Both the position numbers and the translations under genes were made by a program. Of a DNA stretch of 64,000 bases, positions 21,093 to 31,775 are shown piece by piece. The stretch comes from an uncultured Gemmatimonadaceae bacterium. Lineage in GTDB: Bacteria; Gemmatimonadota; Gemmatimonadetes; Gemmatimonadales; Gemmatimonadaceae. The stretch covers positions 1,216,001 to 1,280,000 of the forward strand of contig CAWFQK010000004.1 in NCBI GenBank assembly GCA_963817955.1. Reading direction: 5' to 3'. The notes below the pieces were generated by a model. That model was not told the origin of the DNA and ran no database searches. It saw nothing but the letters and a program-made list of their open reading frames with translations. Numbering within the stretch: position 1 is the first letter of the stretch; every line of letters starts with the position of its first letter.

Positions 21093-22826
21093 GTGACCCG
21101 TAGATACACTCCCCTGCTTCTCGCGCTCGTGGCGTCGGCCGCCTGCGGCATTGCGCCGAGTACTTCCGCCACGCCGGTCGCCACACGGACCGTTTGGCCC
21201 GACGAAGGTCCCGCCAAGTGGGCGCCGCGTGCCACTGAGACAGCCATCCTGCCCAACGATCTTCGGACCCGCCTCTATCAATTCGCTGACGATTCGATGG
21301 CCGGCCGGCGCATTGGCGAGCTTGGAAACTTCAAGGGAACGGCGTACATCGCAGGTGAGTTCAAGCGGCTCGGCCTGAAGCCGGCCGGAGAGAACGGCAC
21401 CTACTTTCAGGTGTTACCGTACGGCGCCGCAGCGGTGGACAGCCTGCGCGCGCGACTGATCGCCAACGGCACCACGATCTCGCTGAAGACGGGCTGGATT
21501 CCCGTGGCCGCGAACGCGGCAAATGGAATCGTCGAGAGCGCGAGCGTGCAGAGCGTGCCCGCTGTCTTCGCCGGTCGTTGGGGCGACACCGCGACGGCGC
21601 TCGACGCGAGCGCGCTGCGCGGGAAGGTCGCGGTGTTCACGGCGCCCGTGATGCCCACCACGACTCGCGGGCGCGGCGGCAACTTCACGGCAGTGCGCGA
21701 CCTGCGCGCATCGCGCGCTGGCGCGGCACTCATCCTCGTCGCGTCACTCGACTCCATGCCACGTACGGCGGTCAATGGCGCGTTCAACTCACGCCCCGGC
21801 ATGCGGCCCGAGCCGTCGACCGGACTTGGCGCCGCCGCGATCAGTTTCGATGCGGCACAACGCATTTTCGGCCGCCCGCTCGATCAGCTGACAGCTGGCA
21901 CGGTTGGACAGAGCGTGACGGCAAGCTGGAGCTCCGAATGGAAACCGGCTCCCTACGACGCACGGAACGTCATCGCGATCCTGCCGGGTTCCGACCCGCG
22001 CCGCGCGGGCGAGTTCGTGCTCGTCGGTGCGCACAACGACCATATGGGCCTCAACCCCTTCGGCGTCGATCATGATTCGGTGCGCGCCTTCAATCGCGTC
22101 ATTCGGCCGCAAGGAGCGAACGACCCGGTGCGCAAGCCCACCGCCGCCGAGCAGCTGCGGATCGATTCGCTCATCGCCCACGCGCGGTCGATCCGTCCGC
22201 CGCGCCGCGACTCGATCATGAACGGCGCCGACGATGATGGCTCCGGCACCGTGATCATGCTCGAGATCGCTGAGAAATTCGCAAGCGAACATCCTGCGCG
22301 CTCGATCGTGTTCATTTCGCACCAGGGAGAAGAAGCGGGATTGCTCGGCTCCAAGTGGTTCACCGATCACCCGACCATTTCGCTGGACTCGATCGTCGCG
22401 GCGCACAATATGGACATGGACGGCCGCGGGCGCGTGACCGACGTGAAGTTCGGTGGACCGAACTCTATCCAGACCCTCGGCTCACGTCGTCTATCGCGTG
22501 AATTCGGCGACATCATCGATTCGGTGAATGCGACGATTCAGCAACCGATGGCGATCGACCGCAGTTGGGACGTGCCGGCGAACCCGCTCAACCGTTTCTG
22601 CCGCAGCGATCAGGTCAACTACGTGCACCACGACGTACCGGTCACCTATTTCTCCACCGGCTACACGATCGATTATCACCAGCCGACCGACGAACCCGAG
22701 TACATCGACTACGATCACGCGGCGCGCGTTGGCAATTTCATTCACGACATCATGTACGCCATCGCGATGCGGGCCGACAAGCCGAAGATCGCGGGGGCAG
22801 ATCCGGCGTATCCGACATGCAGATGA
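21093..22826 (+). CDS. M28 family peptidase (lipoprotein)
   Basis: Lipobox SAAC; GAHNDH, NGADDDGSG, GEEAGLLGS, RSDQ, DYHQPTD. Start placed at GTG 21093. Confidence 0.9.
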   Translation: MTRRYTPLLLALVASAACGIAPSTSATPVATRTVWPDEGPAKWAPRATETAILPNDLRTRLYQFADDSMAGRRIGELGNFKGTAYIAGEFKRLGLKPAGENGTYFQVLPYGAAAVDSLRARLIANGTTISLKTGWIPVAANAANGIVESASVQSVPAVFAGRWGDTATALDASALRGKVAVFTAPVMPTTTRGRGGNFTAVRDLRASRAGAALILVASLDSMPRTAVNGAFNSRPGMRPEPSTGLGAAAISFDAAQRIFGRPLDQLTAGTVGQSVTASWSSEWKPAPYDARNVIAILPGSDPRRAGEFVLVGAHNDHMGLNPFGVDHDSVRAFNRVIRPQGANDPVRKPTAAEQLRIDSLIAHARSIRPPRRDSIMNGADDDGSGTVIMLEIAEKFASEHPARSIVFISHQGEEAGLLGSKWFTDHPTISLDSIVAAHNMDMDGRGRVTDVKFGGPNSIQTLGSRRLSREFGDIIDSVNATIQQPMAIDRSWDVPANPLNRFCRSDQVNYVHHDVPVTYFSTGYTIDYHQPTDEPEYIDYDHAARVGNFIHDIMYAIAMRADKPKIAGADPAYPTCR

Positions 22827-23635
22827 CGGGCACGGCCTCGGGCCTTCTCATCCTCGCCACTTCGTTCCTTTGCACCGCTCACGCCGTGGCTCAGAATCCT
22901 CCTTCCACCGGCAAGGCTGTTGCGCCAAAACCGGCGGACACCGAAGTGTGGGAGCCGGTTCCGCCGGTCGTGACGCCAGGGCGCACGAACGCCGACGCGC
23001 CCTCGGACGCCGTCGTGCTATTCGACGGTCGAACCCTCGACCAATGGGTGTCGGCGCGCGACGAGTCGCCGGCGCGCTGGACGGTGGCCGACGGCGTGCT
23101 CACCGTGAACAAGCAAGCGGGTGACATCCGCACGCGCCGCACCTTTGGCAATTACCAACTCCACGTCGAGTGGCGTATTCCCACGAACGTCACCGGGAGC
23201 GGCCAGGAGCGCGGCAACAGCGGCGTGTACCTCGCGTGGCTTGGCAACGGTGGCTACGAGCTGCAAGTGCTCGATTCCTACGAGAACAAGACCTACGTGA
23301 ACGGCCAGGCGGCGAGCATCTACAAACAGTATCCGCCGCTCGTCAACGCCGCCCGGAAACCCGGGGAATGGCAGAGCTACGATGTCGTGTGGACGGCACC
23401 AACGTTCAATGCGGACGGTTCACTCGCCACGCCGGCATACGTCACCGCCTTCCACAACGGCGTGCTGGTGCAGAACCATGTCGCGCTGCGCGGCCAGACC
23501 GAGTACATCGGAACGCCTGCGTACCACGCGCATGGCGCCGCGCCCATCCTGTTGCAAGCACACGGTGATCCGAGTCCTCCAATCAGTTTTCGCAACATCT
23601 GGGTGCGCGAGCTGCCGCCGCGCATCACGAAGTAA
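22823..23635 (+). CDS. DUF1080 (3-keto-disaccharide hydrolase family) protein
   Basis: APSDAVVLFDG, QLHVEW, GNSGVY, YELQVLDS, LQAHG..SFRNIW; ATGA overlap with the M28 gene stop. Confidence 0.9.
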   Translation: MTGTASGLLILATSFLCTAHAVAQNPPSTGKAVAPKPADTEVWEPVPPVVTPGRTNADAPSDAVVLFDGRTLDQWVSARDESPARWTVADGVLTVNKQAGDIRTRRTFGNYQLHVEWRIPTNVTGSGQERGNSGVYLAWLGNGGYELQVLDSYENKTYVNGQAASIYKQYPPLVNAARKPGEWQSYDVVWTAPTFNADGSLATPAYVTAFHNGVLVQNHVALRGQTEYIGTPAYHAHGAAPILLQAHGDPSPPISFRNIWVRELPPRITK

Positions 23636-23683
23636 CGGACTATCTTTCTACAGGAGCAACTTCGGCCTCACACTCGGCGAACG

Positions 23684-24100
23684 ATGAAACCACTTCTGAT
23701 CCTGGCGACAATTCTATGTGCCACCGCATGCGTGGAAGGCACGACCGCGCCTGGACAGGCGGCGATTGCCGGCTCGTTCGCACTGGACTCCGTCGGGAGC
23801 CAGCGGTTGCCCGCATTCCTGTCGGGCTCGAATGGCATGTCGACCTATCTCGTATCGGTCACGCTGAGCCTGGACAGCAGCACCGCCAGCTACATCGGCA
23901 CCGAAAGGGATAGCGTCGTGGGCGCATTCCCACGCGACTACGCTACGAGCAGCACGCTCAGCGGTGGCTATTTGACGCAGGCGGATGTCAGCGCCCAGAC
24001 CACGATCACGCTCAGCGGTATCGGAAGCGGACACGTCTTGACCAACGGTTTTACGATTGAGGGCGGCACGGGCGGCACGTTGTACTTCAGTCGGCGGTAG
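23684..24100 (+). CDS. Hypothetical lipoprotein
   Basis: Signal peptide ending ATAC; beta-rich body. Confidence 0.7.
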   Translation: MKPLLILATILCATACVEGTTAPGQAAIAGSFALDSVGSQRLPAFLSGSNGMSTYLVSVTLSLDSSTASYIGTERDSVVGAFPRDYATSSTLSGGYLTQADVSAQTTITLSGIGSGHVLTNGFTIEGGTGGTLYFSRR

Positions 24101-24119
24101 CGGCTGCCCGGCGAGCCCG

Positions 24120-25583
24120 TTACCGCTCTCGCACGTCTGCCATCTCCTGCTGCTTCGCAAAGTCGTATAGCGTGACACGTCGCACGTGGTAGTACGACGT
24201 CCAGTAGTTCCGCAGCGCCTGCACGTAGGAGATGAGCGCCGCGTCCTTCTCGTTCTGGGACGTGTACAGGTCGAGGTTGCCGATCTTGCCAATGAGGTAG
24301 CGGTTCTTTGCTACGTCAAAGCGCTTGGTGGCAACGGTGTCCGCCTTCGCTGAGATGATCACGTTCCGCTGCGCCTGCTCAAGCTGGAGCACGGAGAATC
24401 GCGCGTCCTCCACCAGCGCGTCACGCCGCGACTTGTTGCTCGCCACGGTGCGCTGGTCGTCGGCCTGCGCGGCTTCGAGGTCGGCGTGCCCTGCGCCCCA
24501 CTGCACCATCGGCATGTTGAGACCTACCTGCAGCGTCTGCTTGCCGAGCGGACTCTGATAGGATTGGCCGAACACCGAGGCCGTCTGATTGAATCCGACG
24601 CTCGCGCCGATCGTGGCGCTGAACCGGTTGTTCAACTTTGCCTCGGTGATCCGTCGCTGACTCTGCACCAGTTCCAACGCCGACTCCTCCATGACGCTGG
24701 AGTTCTTGAGCGCCATGCGCACCGCGACCTCCTCGTCCGCCTGTACAACCGGAATGGAGTCCGGCGTCACGATGGCAAAGGCCTGACCTTCCGGGTAATC
24801 GATCGTACGGCGCAGGACTGCTTCGGCACGGTCGCGCGCCAGCTTGGCGTCATCCACCGATGCCCGCGACTTGAGCAGTTGCAGCTCGCTCTGCAGCAAC
24901 TCGTTCTCGCCGATCTTACCGACCTCGTACCGTCCCTTGTTCAGGGTGAACAACGTATCGTTCACTGCCGCGTTGGCCGTGGCATTACGCAGACTCACCT
25001 GCGCCGCGTACAGATCGAAGAACGCGGCCGCCGTGCTGCCCGCCACATCCTCGCGCGCTTCCAGGTATTGACGCTCGGCGACGCTGGCACCGAGTGATTG
25101 CACCTTCTCGTCCCACACGAGCGCACGCGGCTTGAAGAGATCCTGCTGCAGGCTGATCAGCACCGGCGTGGTCTGGTAGTACTTGTTGTTCTGGTCGCCG
25201 AACAGGTCGATACGGCTCACCGCCGAACCGATCGACAGCGTGCCCCCGGTCAGCGGGATCTTCTGCGACACGGCCAGACCCAACGTGGACTGGTTCTGTG
25301 CCTGTGACACGAACTGCGTCGAGCCATCGGGCGCCGTGATCGGGTTGATGCCGCGATTCAGGTTGGCCGCGTTGCCGGACAGCGCCACCTGCGGCAGCAG
25401 CCGCGCGTTGAAGGCGTGATCGCGGTAGCGGGCCGCGTCGCGCGTGCTCCTCGCCATCTGGGCGGCAGGGCCACGCTGCTGAGCCATGCTGATGGCATCC
25501 TGCAGCGTGAGTGCCTGCGATCGCTGCGCCTGCAGCGCGGCCGGCAGTGCGAGCGCGACGAGACAATATCGTATGCGTATCAT
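24120..25583 (-). CDS. TolC family outer membrane efflux protein
   Basis: LTLQDAISMA, LLPQVALS, RYEVGKI/RYLIGKI repeats, ends VTLYDF. Confidence 0.92.
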   Translation of the reverse strand: MIRIRYCLVALALPAALQAQRSQALTLQDAISMAQQRGPAAQMARSTRDAARYRDHAFNARLLPQVALSGNAANLNRGINPITAPDGSTQFVSQAQNQSTLGLAVSQKIPLTGGTLSIGSAVSRIDLFGDQNNKYYQTTPVLISLQQDLFKPRALVWDEKVQSLGASVAERQYLEAREDVAGSTAAAFFDLYAAQVSLRNATANAAVNDTLFTLNKGRYEVGKIGENELLQSELQLLKSRASVDDAKLARDRAEAVLRRTIDYPEGQAFAIVTPDSIPVVQADEEVAVRMALKNSSVMEESALELVQSQRRITEAKLNNRFSATIGASVGFNQTASVFGQSYQSPLGKQTLQVGLNMPMVQWGAGHADLEAAQADDQRTVASNKSRRDALVEDARFSVLQLEQAQRNVIISAKADTVATKRFDVAKNRYLIGKIGNLDLYTSQNEKDAALISYVQALRNYWTSYYHVRRVTLYDFAKQQEMADVRER

Positions 25584-26932
25584 TACTCGTAACGGAGACA
25601 GACAATCGGATCCTGCTTCGCGGCGCGCGAGGCAGGCATGATACCGAACACGAGCCCCACGGCCACCGAGACGCCGAAGGCCACGATCACCGACATCGGC
25701 GACACGAGCGTGTGAATTTTTGCCGCACGTTCGATCACCACCGCCAGCACGACGCCTATGATGATCCCGGCGATGCCGCCGGCAAGACTGATCATCACCG
25801 CCTCACTGAGGAACTGCGCACGGATATCGGTCTGCGTCGCACCCACGGCGCGCCGGACACCGATCTCTTTGATGCGCTCCAGGATCGACGCGAGCATGAT
25901 GTTCATGATGCCGATGCCGCCGACCACCAGCGAAATGGAGGCGATGGCACCGAGCACGATATTGAAGATCGTCTTCGTGCGCTGCTCCTGCTTGAGCAGC
26001 AATTCCGGCACGGTGATCTCGAAATCCGTCACGTCGTTATGTCGCCGCTGCAGCATGCGCCGCACGACGGCGGCCACCGCCGGCACCGCCGCCGATTTGT
26101 CCACCTGTACGATCACCTTGTCGAGCTGGTGATAATTGCGCTTCTCGGCGCGCTGATCGTCAGTCTGCGACGAATCCGTGGAATTGCCATCGCGCGCCGC
26201 GAGCTCCATCTCCTGCTGCGTCACTTCGCCACGGTTGCGGTACCGCAGCAACATGGTCGGCAGTGGGACGTAGACGTCCATGTTCGCGTCACGAATGCCG
26301 AGCCGCTGCGCCGTTTCCGTGGATACTTTCCGATCCTCCAGCACGCCGACCACCGTGAGCCACTCGTTGCCCACCTTGACCATGTGCCCGATCGGGTCCT
26401 CCGTGGTGAAGAAACGCGACTTCACACCCAATCCAATCACGGCAACCGGACTGGCGTCGGCGAACTGTCGCGCCACGAACGCTGCACCCTGGGCCATGCG
26501 CAGGTTCATGAGATCGAAGTAGCCGGAGTCGATTCCCACCAGCTTCCCCGAGCGGTGGTGTCCCTCGCGCGTGATGACGCTGTTGATCACCACCTCGCTG
26601 CTCGTGCGCGTGACCTCTGGAATCGTCGCCCTGATACTCAGCGCGTCGAGGTAGTTGAGCCCCGGCGTGAACTTCTTCGATTGCTTCTTGCCGTCGTCCT
26701 TGTCCACCTTGCCCTCGGTCTGCTCCACGAGTGGCGTGATGACGATGTTGTTCGCGCCGAGGAGGCGCATCTGCGCCAGAATCTCCTGCTCGGCGCCATT
26801 CCCTATCGCCAGCATCGCGATGACCGATGCGACGCCGAACAAGATGCCCAACGAGGTGAGGCCGGCGCGCAATTTGTTGTGCGCCACCGCCTCCGCGGCC
26901 GTGCGGCCGCTGAACATGATCTGTGCGAGCAC
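25583..26932 (-). CDS. MacB-like ABC transporter permease (no fused ATPase)
   Basis: NKLRAGLTSLGILFGVASVIAM, ISLVVGGIGIMNIM, ERIKEIGVRRAVGA, DPIVCLRYE. Confidence 0.93.
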   Translation of the reverse strand: MLAQIMFSGRTAAEAVAHNKLRAGLTSLGILFGVASVIAMLAIGNGAEQEILAQMRLLGANNIVITPLVEQTEGKVDKDDGKKQSKKFTPGLNYLDALSIRATIPEVTRTSSEVVINSVITREGHHRSGKLVGIDSGYFDLMNLRMAQGAAFVARQFADASPVAVIGLGVKSRFFTTEDPIGHMVKVGNEWLTVVGVLEDRKVSTETAQRLGIRDANMDVYVPLPTMLLRYRNRGEVTQQEMELAARDGNSTDSSQTDDQRAEKRNYHQLDKVIVQVDKSAAVPAVAAVVRRMLQRRHNDVTDFEITVPELLLKQEQRTKTIFNIVLGAIASISLVVGGIGIMNIMLASILERIKEIGVRRAVGATQTDIRAQFLSEAVMISLAGGIAGIIIGVVLAVVIERAAKIHTLVSPMSVIVAFGVSVAVGLVFGIMPASRAAKQDPIVCLRYE

Positions 26933-26934
26933 GC

Positions 26935-28293
26935 TCAGCCTTTGCGCTTCGCGCTCACCGGCGGCTTGCCTGCCGGCAGCGTGACGCTCTTGGCCGTATC
27001 CGCGCCTGACGTTGGCGCGGTCACCGGCTTGGCGCCGGGAAGCGTTACCGTCTTGATGCCCGTCTTGTCGGTGGGGATCGTCAGCAGCACGTGGTCGTCA
27101 GCCTTGAGTCCGCGTTTCACGATGACCTCGTTGTCGTTCATCGCGCCCGTCTCGATCTGCTGCTTCACCACGTGGCTACCGTCCTTCTTGTACGCGTAGG
27201 AGTAGCCGCCCTCGCTGACCAGGGCCTCGAGTGGAATCGACAGCACGTTGTCCACCGATGCGATCTCGATCGCATTCGCCGTCGTCATGCCTGGGCGCAG
27301 GGTGGTGTCCGCCTTTGTGATGTCGATCTTCACCTCGAAGACTTTGGAGTCCTGGTTCGGCCGCTGCTCCCCAACGTTCGCGACCTGGGTCACGACGCCG
27401 TCGAGCTTCTTCGTGGCGTCAGCATCGAGCGTGATCTGCACCTTCTGGCCGACCGCCACCTTCCGCACGTCCACTTCGTTCACGTACGTGTCCGATTCCA
27501 TCTGCGACAGATCAGGGAGTGTTGCGACCGTTGGATCCCACGGGCCCCACTGCGAACCGACACCCTTCTTCTTGCCACTCCATTCGCGAACGTAAATGAC
27601 CATTCCCGGTGCCGGCGCCTTGACGGTGAAGGCGGCCATTACGTCCTGAATGCCTTTGAGCAGAATCTGTTGGCGGCCGAGGTCCGCGCCAACCGATGAC
27701 ATCTTAGCCACGGCCTGTTTGGTCTTGGTATCGAGATTGCGCTTCGCCTGGTCCAGACCCCGTTGCGCCTTCTCGTAGTCGATCTCCGCTTGACGCTGGA
27801 TGCTCGGCGCCTCGTACTGCGCCTGCTCCTTGGCGATCTTCTTTTCCTCGAGCGTGTACTCGGCGGTCCGCACGTCCTCGCGAGACTGCGCGAGATTGAG
27901 CGCCGAGTCGAGTTGCGCGGTTGTGTATTCGGCTTGCGCCTTTTGCAGATTGAGCGTGACGTCCGAGAGCCTCGTCGCGACCGGTCCGCGGTCGAGCTCG
28001 GCGATGACGTCGCCCTCTTTCACCACCGAGCCCTCGGGCACGATCGATGAAATTTTCGTCTGGTAGACATTCACCGACTGCGCTTGGGCAGGGCCCGTGA
28101 CCTGCACGAACTTGCGCGCGCGCAACTCGCCCGTGGTCGTGACGGTCACCTTGAACTTGCCCTGTTTGACCGGCGCCAGGAGCGCGGCTTCAGCGGCCGA
28201 TGCGGTCGCCGGCCACTTGTACCAGGCGATGGGACCGCCAATAGCTAGCACGACGAGAACCAGCGGAATCCAGCGTTTGCGAAGCCGTTGCAT
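26935..28293 (-). CDS. Efflux periplasmic adaptor (MacA/HlyD-like MFP)
   Basis: N-terminal TM, EGSVVKEGDVIAELD lipoyl half, coiled coil, VKAPAPG, LRPGMT. Confidence 0.92.
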   Translation of the reverse strand: MQRLRKRWIPLVLVVLAIGGPIAWYKWPATASAAEAALLAPVKQGKFKVTVTTTGELRARKFVQVTGPAQAQSVNVYQTKISSIVPEGSVVKEGDVIAELDRGPVATRLSDVTLNLQKAQAEYTTAQLDSALNLAQSREDVRTAEYTLEEKKIAKEQAQYEAPSIQRQAEIDYEKAQRGLDQAKRNLDTKTKQAVAKMSSVGADLGRQQILLKGIQDVMAAFTVKAPAPGMVIYVREWSGKKKGVGSQWGPWDPTVATLPDLSQMESDTYVNEVDVRKVAVGQKVQITLDADATKKLDGVVTQVANVGEQRPNQDSKVFEVKIDITKADTTLRPGMTTANAIEIASVDNVLSIPLEALVSEGGYSYAYKKDGSHVVKQQIETGAMNDNEVIVKRGLKADDHVLLTIPTDKTGIKTVTLPGAKPVTAPTSGADTAKSVTLPAGKPPVSAKRKG

Positions 28294-28574
28294 CTCCAAT
28301 CTCTCTTGTTGGAAGCGCGAAGAACCGTGATCCAGGCCGTTCGAGTTAGCTTATGGGACCTGTATACAAACAGCAATGAACGCTCAATTAGGAATTGATG
28401 AGGATATGGGACGCCGGAACGCTGGCGTCCGCGGCGTCCACCACGTTGGACACCGCTGGCCGTCAAAGCGTTGCCGAATCAGCCCTACGGCTTGCATCAG
28501 TCACAGCTTGTCGAATCCGTGGGTTCGATCGCCACCTTCAAGCGATTCAGCCTCGAGCGCTTCGCCGACGGCCG

Positions 28575-28776
28575 ACCGGTGAGTTGATGTCGTGCTACGC
28601 GCTCATGGGCTATCTTACCGGTCCAATCGCCGCGCTCATCGGCATGAATCGGACGGTGCAGGATGCACGGCGTTTCGTTGTCGGACGGACAGCGCCAACG
28701 CATTGCGATCGCGCGTGCGCTCTATCGTGAACCGCAGGTGCTCATCCTCGATGAGGCGACATCGGCGCTGGTGGAG
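28575..28776 (+). pseudogene. Remnant of an ABC exporter, probably a peptidase-domain-containing bacteriocin exporter
   Basis: [31 protein letters not shown] (end of TM domain) joined out of frame to [35 protein letters not shown] (ABC signature and Walker B). Walker A region absent. Confidence 0.75.
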
Positions 28777-28889
28777 GATACAATGCAGGACCTGACACTG
28801 CGACGCGCGGCACTGCGGCCGGAACGGCCGGTGCCAACGGCAGCGCTCCCAGGTGGGACCAGGCACCTGCGCTGGCGGGTACGGAGTAA

Positions 28890-30200
28890 GTGGGGCTCGT
28901 GACCGGAGAGCGGTGTGCCCCACTCGTGCGCCCTCCGCAGTGGGCGCATACCGCAGCCGCCGCGCACGCGCGTACGCCCTCCGCTCGCGCGCGGTCGTCG
29001 CTGAACGCACTCTTCGGCGCGCTCATTGCCATCGTCGGTGCCACCGGCGTTGCCGTCGTGCTCGGCCATCCAATCGGCGAACTTGCGGTCCACTTGTCCG
29101 CCGTACGATCTGCCTCCCTCGGAACCGTGATGTCGGCGTTCCTCTCGCTGGTTTGGACGGTGCCAATCGGCGTGCTCGTCGTGGTGGCGCACGAATGTGG
29201 TCACGTCGCCGGAGGTCTATTGGTCGGGTGGTCGTTTCGCTTGTTGTTCATCGGGCCGGTTCGAATCGTTCGTGTGCGTGGCCGATTGCGTGCGGAGTGG
29301 CACCGTTTGTCCTATCTGCACGGGGGAGCGGCACTCGTGACACCACGACGGTGGGAAACAGCCCGTCAGTTCCGTCGTCACCGTTGCTGGGTCGTGGTCG
29401 GAGGTCCGTTGGCCAGCTTGCTCCTGGCATGCTTGGCGGCGTTGTCGGTCCGCGCGCGGTCGTCGCCTGGCGTCGACATCCCGCATGCCTCGCTGTCCGT
29501 TCAATTCCAGGCATTCACCGCGTTTCTCTCACTCATGATCGGCGTCGGTACACTTCTACCGTTTCGTATGGGGCACGGAATGCGGAGTGACGGACTCCAG
29601 CTGGTGCGCCTCCTTCGCGTCCCAACGAGCGCTACGGGCCGAGCAGAGCTGGATGCAGAAGACCATCGACTACAGGCGTTGCTGACTGCCTTGTATCTTC
29701 GACCGCGTGAATGGCCCGACGAACTGGTTGCGCAACTGTCCACCCTGCGCGGCAGTGAAGGGCTGGTCATGCAGTACTATCGTGCCCTCGATCAAGCCCA
29801 GCTGGGAATTGCGCGTGACCTGCTGCAGCGGGCACTCGATGCGACCGCCCTGGAAGCAGGGGCGGACGCCGAGCGAGATCGGGTGTACCTCGCGCTGGAG
29901 GCCGCCACGTTCGAAGCACTCTGGCGCTCCGATGTTGCGGCTGCCGTGGCATGGCGTTCCTGGCTCGCGTCGACCGCGCTGGCGGATCCGTCGGCACGTG
30001 CGCTCGTCGATGCCGCCATCAGCTGTGCCGACGGTGATGCCGCGGCGCCTCGCCTCGTGCGTTCGGCGGAGCGCACGGTTCGTCACCGTAGCATGCTCGG
30101 TGTCGATCTCCTCCACAGTGTTTCACTTGAACGCCTCAGCGAAATGATGATCGGGGTGTCCGAACGCGTCGGCGTGCCGTTCACATCGCACAATGCCTGA
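28890..30200 (+). CDS. Site-2 protease (M50-like) membrane metalloprotease with helical C-terminus
   Basis: VAHECGH, GGPLASL, RSDG motifs, several TMs; start uncertain. Confidence 0.8.
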   Translation: MGLVTGERCAPLVRPPQWAHTAAAAHARTPSARARSSLNALFGALIAIVGATGVAVVLGHPIGELAVHLSAVRSASLGTVMSAFLSLVWTVPIGVLVVVAHECGHVAGGLLVGWSFRLLFIGPVRIVRVRGRLRAEWHRLSYLHGGAALVTPRRWETARQFRRHRCWVVVGGPLASLLLACLAALSVRARSSPGVDIPHASLSVQFQAFTAFLSLMIGVGTLLPFRMGHGMRSDGLQLVRLLRVPTSATGRAELDAEDHRLQALLTALYLRPREWPDELVAQLSTLRGSEGLVMQYYRALDQAQLGIARDLLQRALDATALEAGADAERDRVYLALEAATFEALWRSDVAAAVAWRSWLASTALADPSARALVDAAISCADGDAAAPRLVRSAERTVRHRSMLGVDLLHSVSLERLSEMMIGVSERVGVPFTSHNA

Positions 30201-31368
30201 CCCGACTCCCCCCACCTCACTCGCCATACCAACGAGCTGGCAGGCTCCGTCGGATGGACTGCGCAAGGAGGGTGCGCCTCGTTTCTTGCTTCATGGCCTT
30301 GTGACCGTTTCGGTTGGCGGAGCCTTGATAGCGATGGCCGTCGCGCTGGGACTCGACGTGACCGGCGCGTCAAAGCTCACGTCAACTCTCAAAGATGTCG
30401 CGGACATCGGCAATGTTTTGCTACTCGTTTCGTTGGTCGTTCTGATCCATGAAACGGGGCACGCGGTAGCCGGCAAGCTGGCGGGATGGCGGTTCCAGAG
30501 TCTGCTAGTGGGCCCATTTCGACTGGTCGTGCGTGCTGGACGGCCGCGAATCGCGCTGCACCGGATATACGCACTCTATGCGGGCTTCGCGCAGCTATGT
30601 CCACCGACATGGCAGGAGGAGCGTGCGTACCGACGCAGTCTACAGGCACTGGTGTGCGGTGGTCCGCTCGCGAATGTGGTGGTGGGCGTTGCCGCGTGGT
30701 TGCTGTTGCTGACAGGACATGCCGCCTGGCGCGATCACCAGCTCCTTACGGTATTCAGTGGCATGTCGCTGGCGTGCGGGGCGGCAAATCTGATTCCATT
30801 TCGGCAGGGCGCCTTTCTGAGCGACGGCATGCAACTCATGGCATTGCGGTCAGAGGTCGGCGCTTGGCGCTCGGACCTATCGAGGATGCTGCACTCGCTG
30901 GCAGCGCTGCATCGCCCCAGGGAGTGGGACTGTAATCATGTCGCACAGTTGGTTGGACTGCCGGAAATAGACCACCTCTATTTCGAATACTTTCGCTCGC
31001 TCGACGTGGCCGATGTGGACGGCGCACATGCGTGTCTTCAGCGCGCCATCACTCGTGTTTCACCGGATAGTCGAGGAAGTCGCTGGAGAGATGGCGGCGT
31101 ACTGGCCCTCGACATCGCGGCCTTTGAGGGCGCCTGGCGCGGTGATACGGTTGCTGGGCGTGCGTGGTTGTCGCATGGAGCACGCACCAGGGATTCGCAC
31201 GCTTGGTCGCTCGCGACCGCCGCCATTGCCGCGGCCTCCGGCAACGGGCGTGGCGCGCGGAAGGCCCTCGCCGCCGCCGAGCGCTCCGCGCTCCATGACA
31301 CGGTGATGCGGCCGGATCTTCTGCGCATGCCGATCATCGAACGTATCGAATCGATGATCGGCCGATGA
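30193..31368 (+). CDS. Site-2 protease (M50-like) membrane metalloprotease, paralog of the upstream gene
   Basis: LIHETGH, GGPLAN, NLIP..SDG; shares RPREW, Y(Y/F)RxLD, AxFExxWRxD and DLL motifs with 28890-30200. Confidence 0.85.
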   Translation: MPDPTPPTSLAIPTSWQAPSDGLRKEGAPRFLLHGLVTVSVGGALIAMAVALGLDVTGASKLTSTLKDVADIGNVLLLVSLVVLIHETGHAVAGKLAGWRFQSLLVGPFRLVVRAGRPRIALHRIYALYAGFAQLCPPTWQEERAYRRSLQALVCGGPLANVVVGVAAWLLLLTGHAAWRDHQLLTVFSGMSLACGAANLIPFRQGAFLSDGMQLMALRSEVGAWRSDLSRMLHSLAALHRPREWDCNHVAQLVGLPEIDHLYFEYFRSLDVADVDGAHACLQRAITRVSPDSRGSRWRDGGVLALDIAAFEGAWRGDTVAGRAWLSHGARTRDSHAWSLATAAIAAASGNGRGARKALAAAERSALHDTVMRPDLLRMPIIERIESMIGR

Positions 31369-31514
31369 ACTGCGCCAAGTCGGATCCTTCTCACATGCGG
31401 ACCGCGACGTGAGCGCCGCCGCGCGGAACTCTCCCCTTCGTTTGTCGCCTCACCCTCTCGACGATCCGTCCATACCTTGAAGCGGACAGCCATCCAGAAG
31501 GGCGTCATTCCAAG

Positions 31515-31752
31515 AGAACTGCAATAGAACTGCAAAGAAAACTGCAAGCGTACGGAAGAGGGAAGCGGGTATAGGTGGACTGAACCGTGAATGCCGAGTC
31601 CACAAGCATTCCGCCATATCGTTATGATCCCGACCTGGGCGATACCATCGGAGCATCACGACGGCATCAGCCAAGCCATCCAGGCGAGACAATCCTTCAC
31701 GGTCCTCTGCAGTTCTCTGCGTTCTCTTGCAGTTCTCTGCGACCTCTGCGTT
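31515..31752. repeat. Short degenerate tandem repeats: (A)GAACTGCAA-like x3 at 31515-31547 and CTCTGC/TGCAGTTCT 9-10-mers at 31704-31752 (partly inverted relative to each other)
   Basis: Read directly from the sequence. Confidence 0.7.
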
Positions 31753-31775
31753 AAAAGCGGTTCTATCGGTCACAG

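Noticed and set aside
28515..28540. tRNA-like GTGGGTTCGATCGCCAC
   Set aside because: Mismatched closing pair and no cloverleaf upstream.
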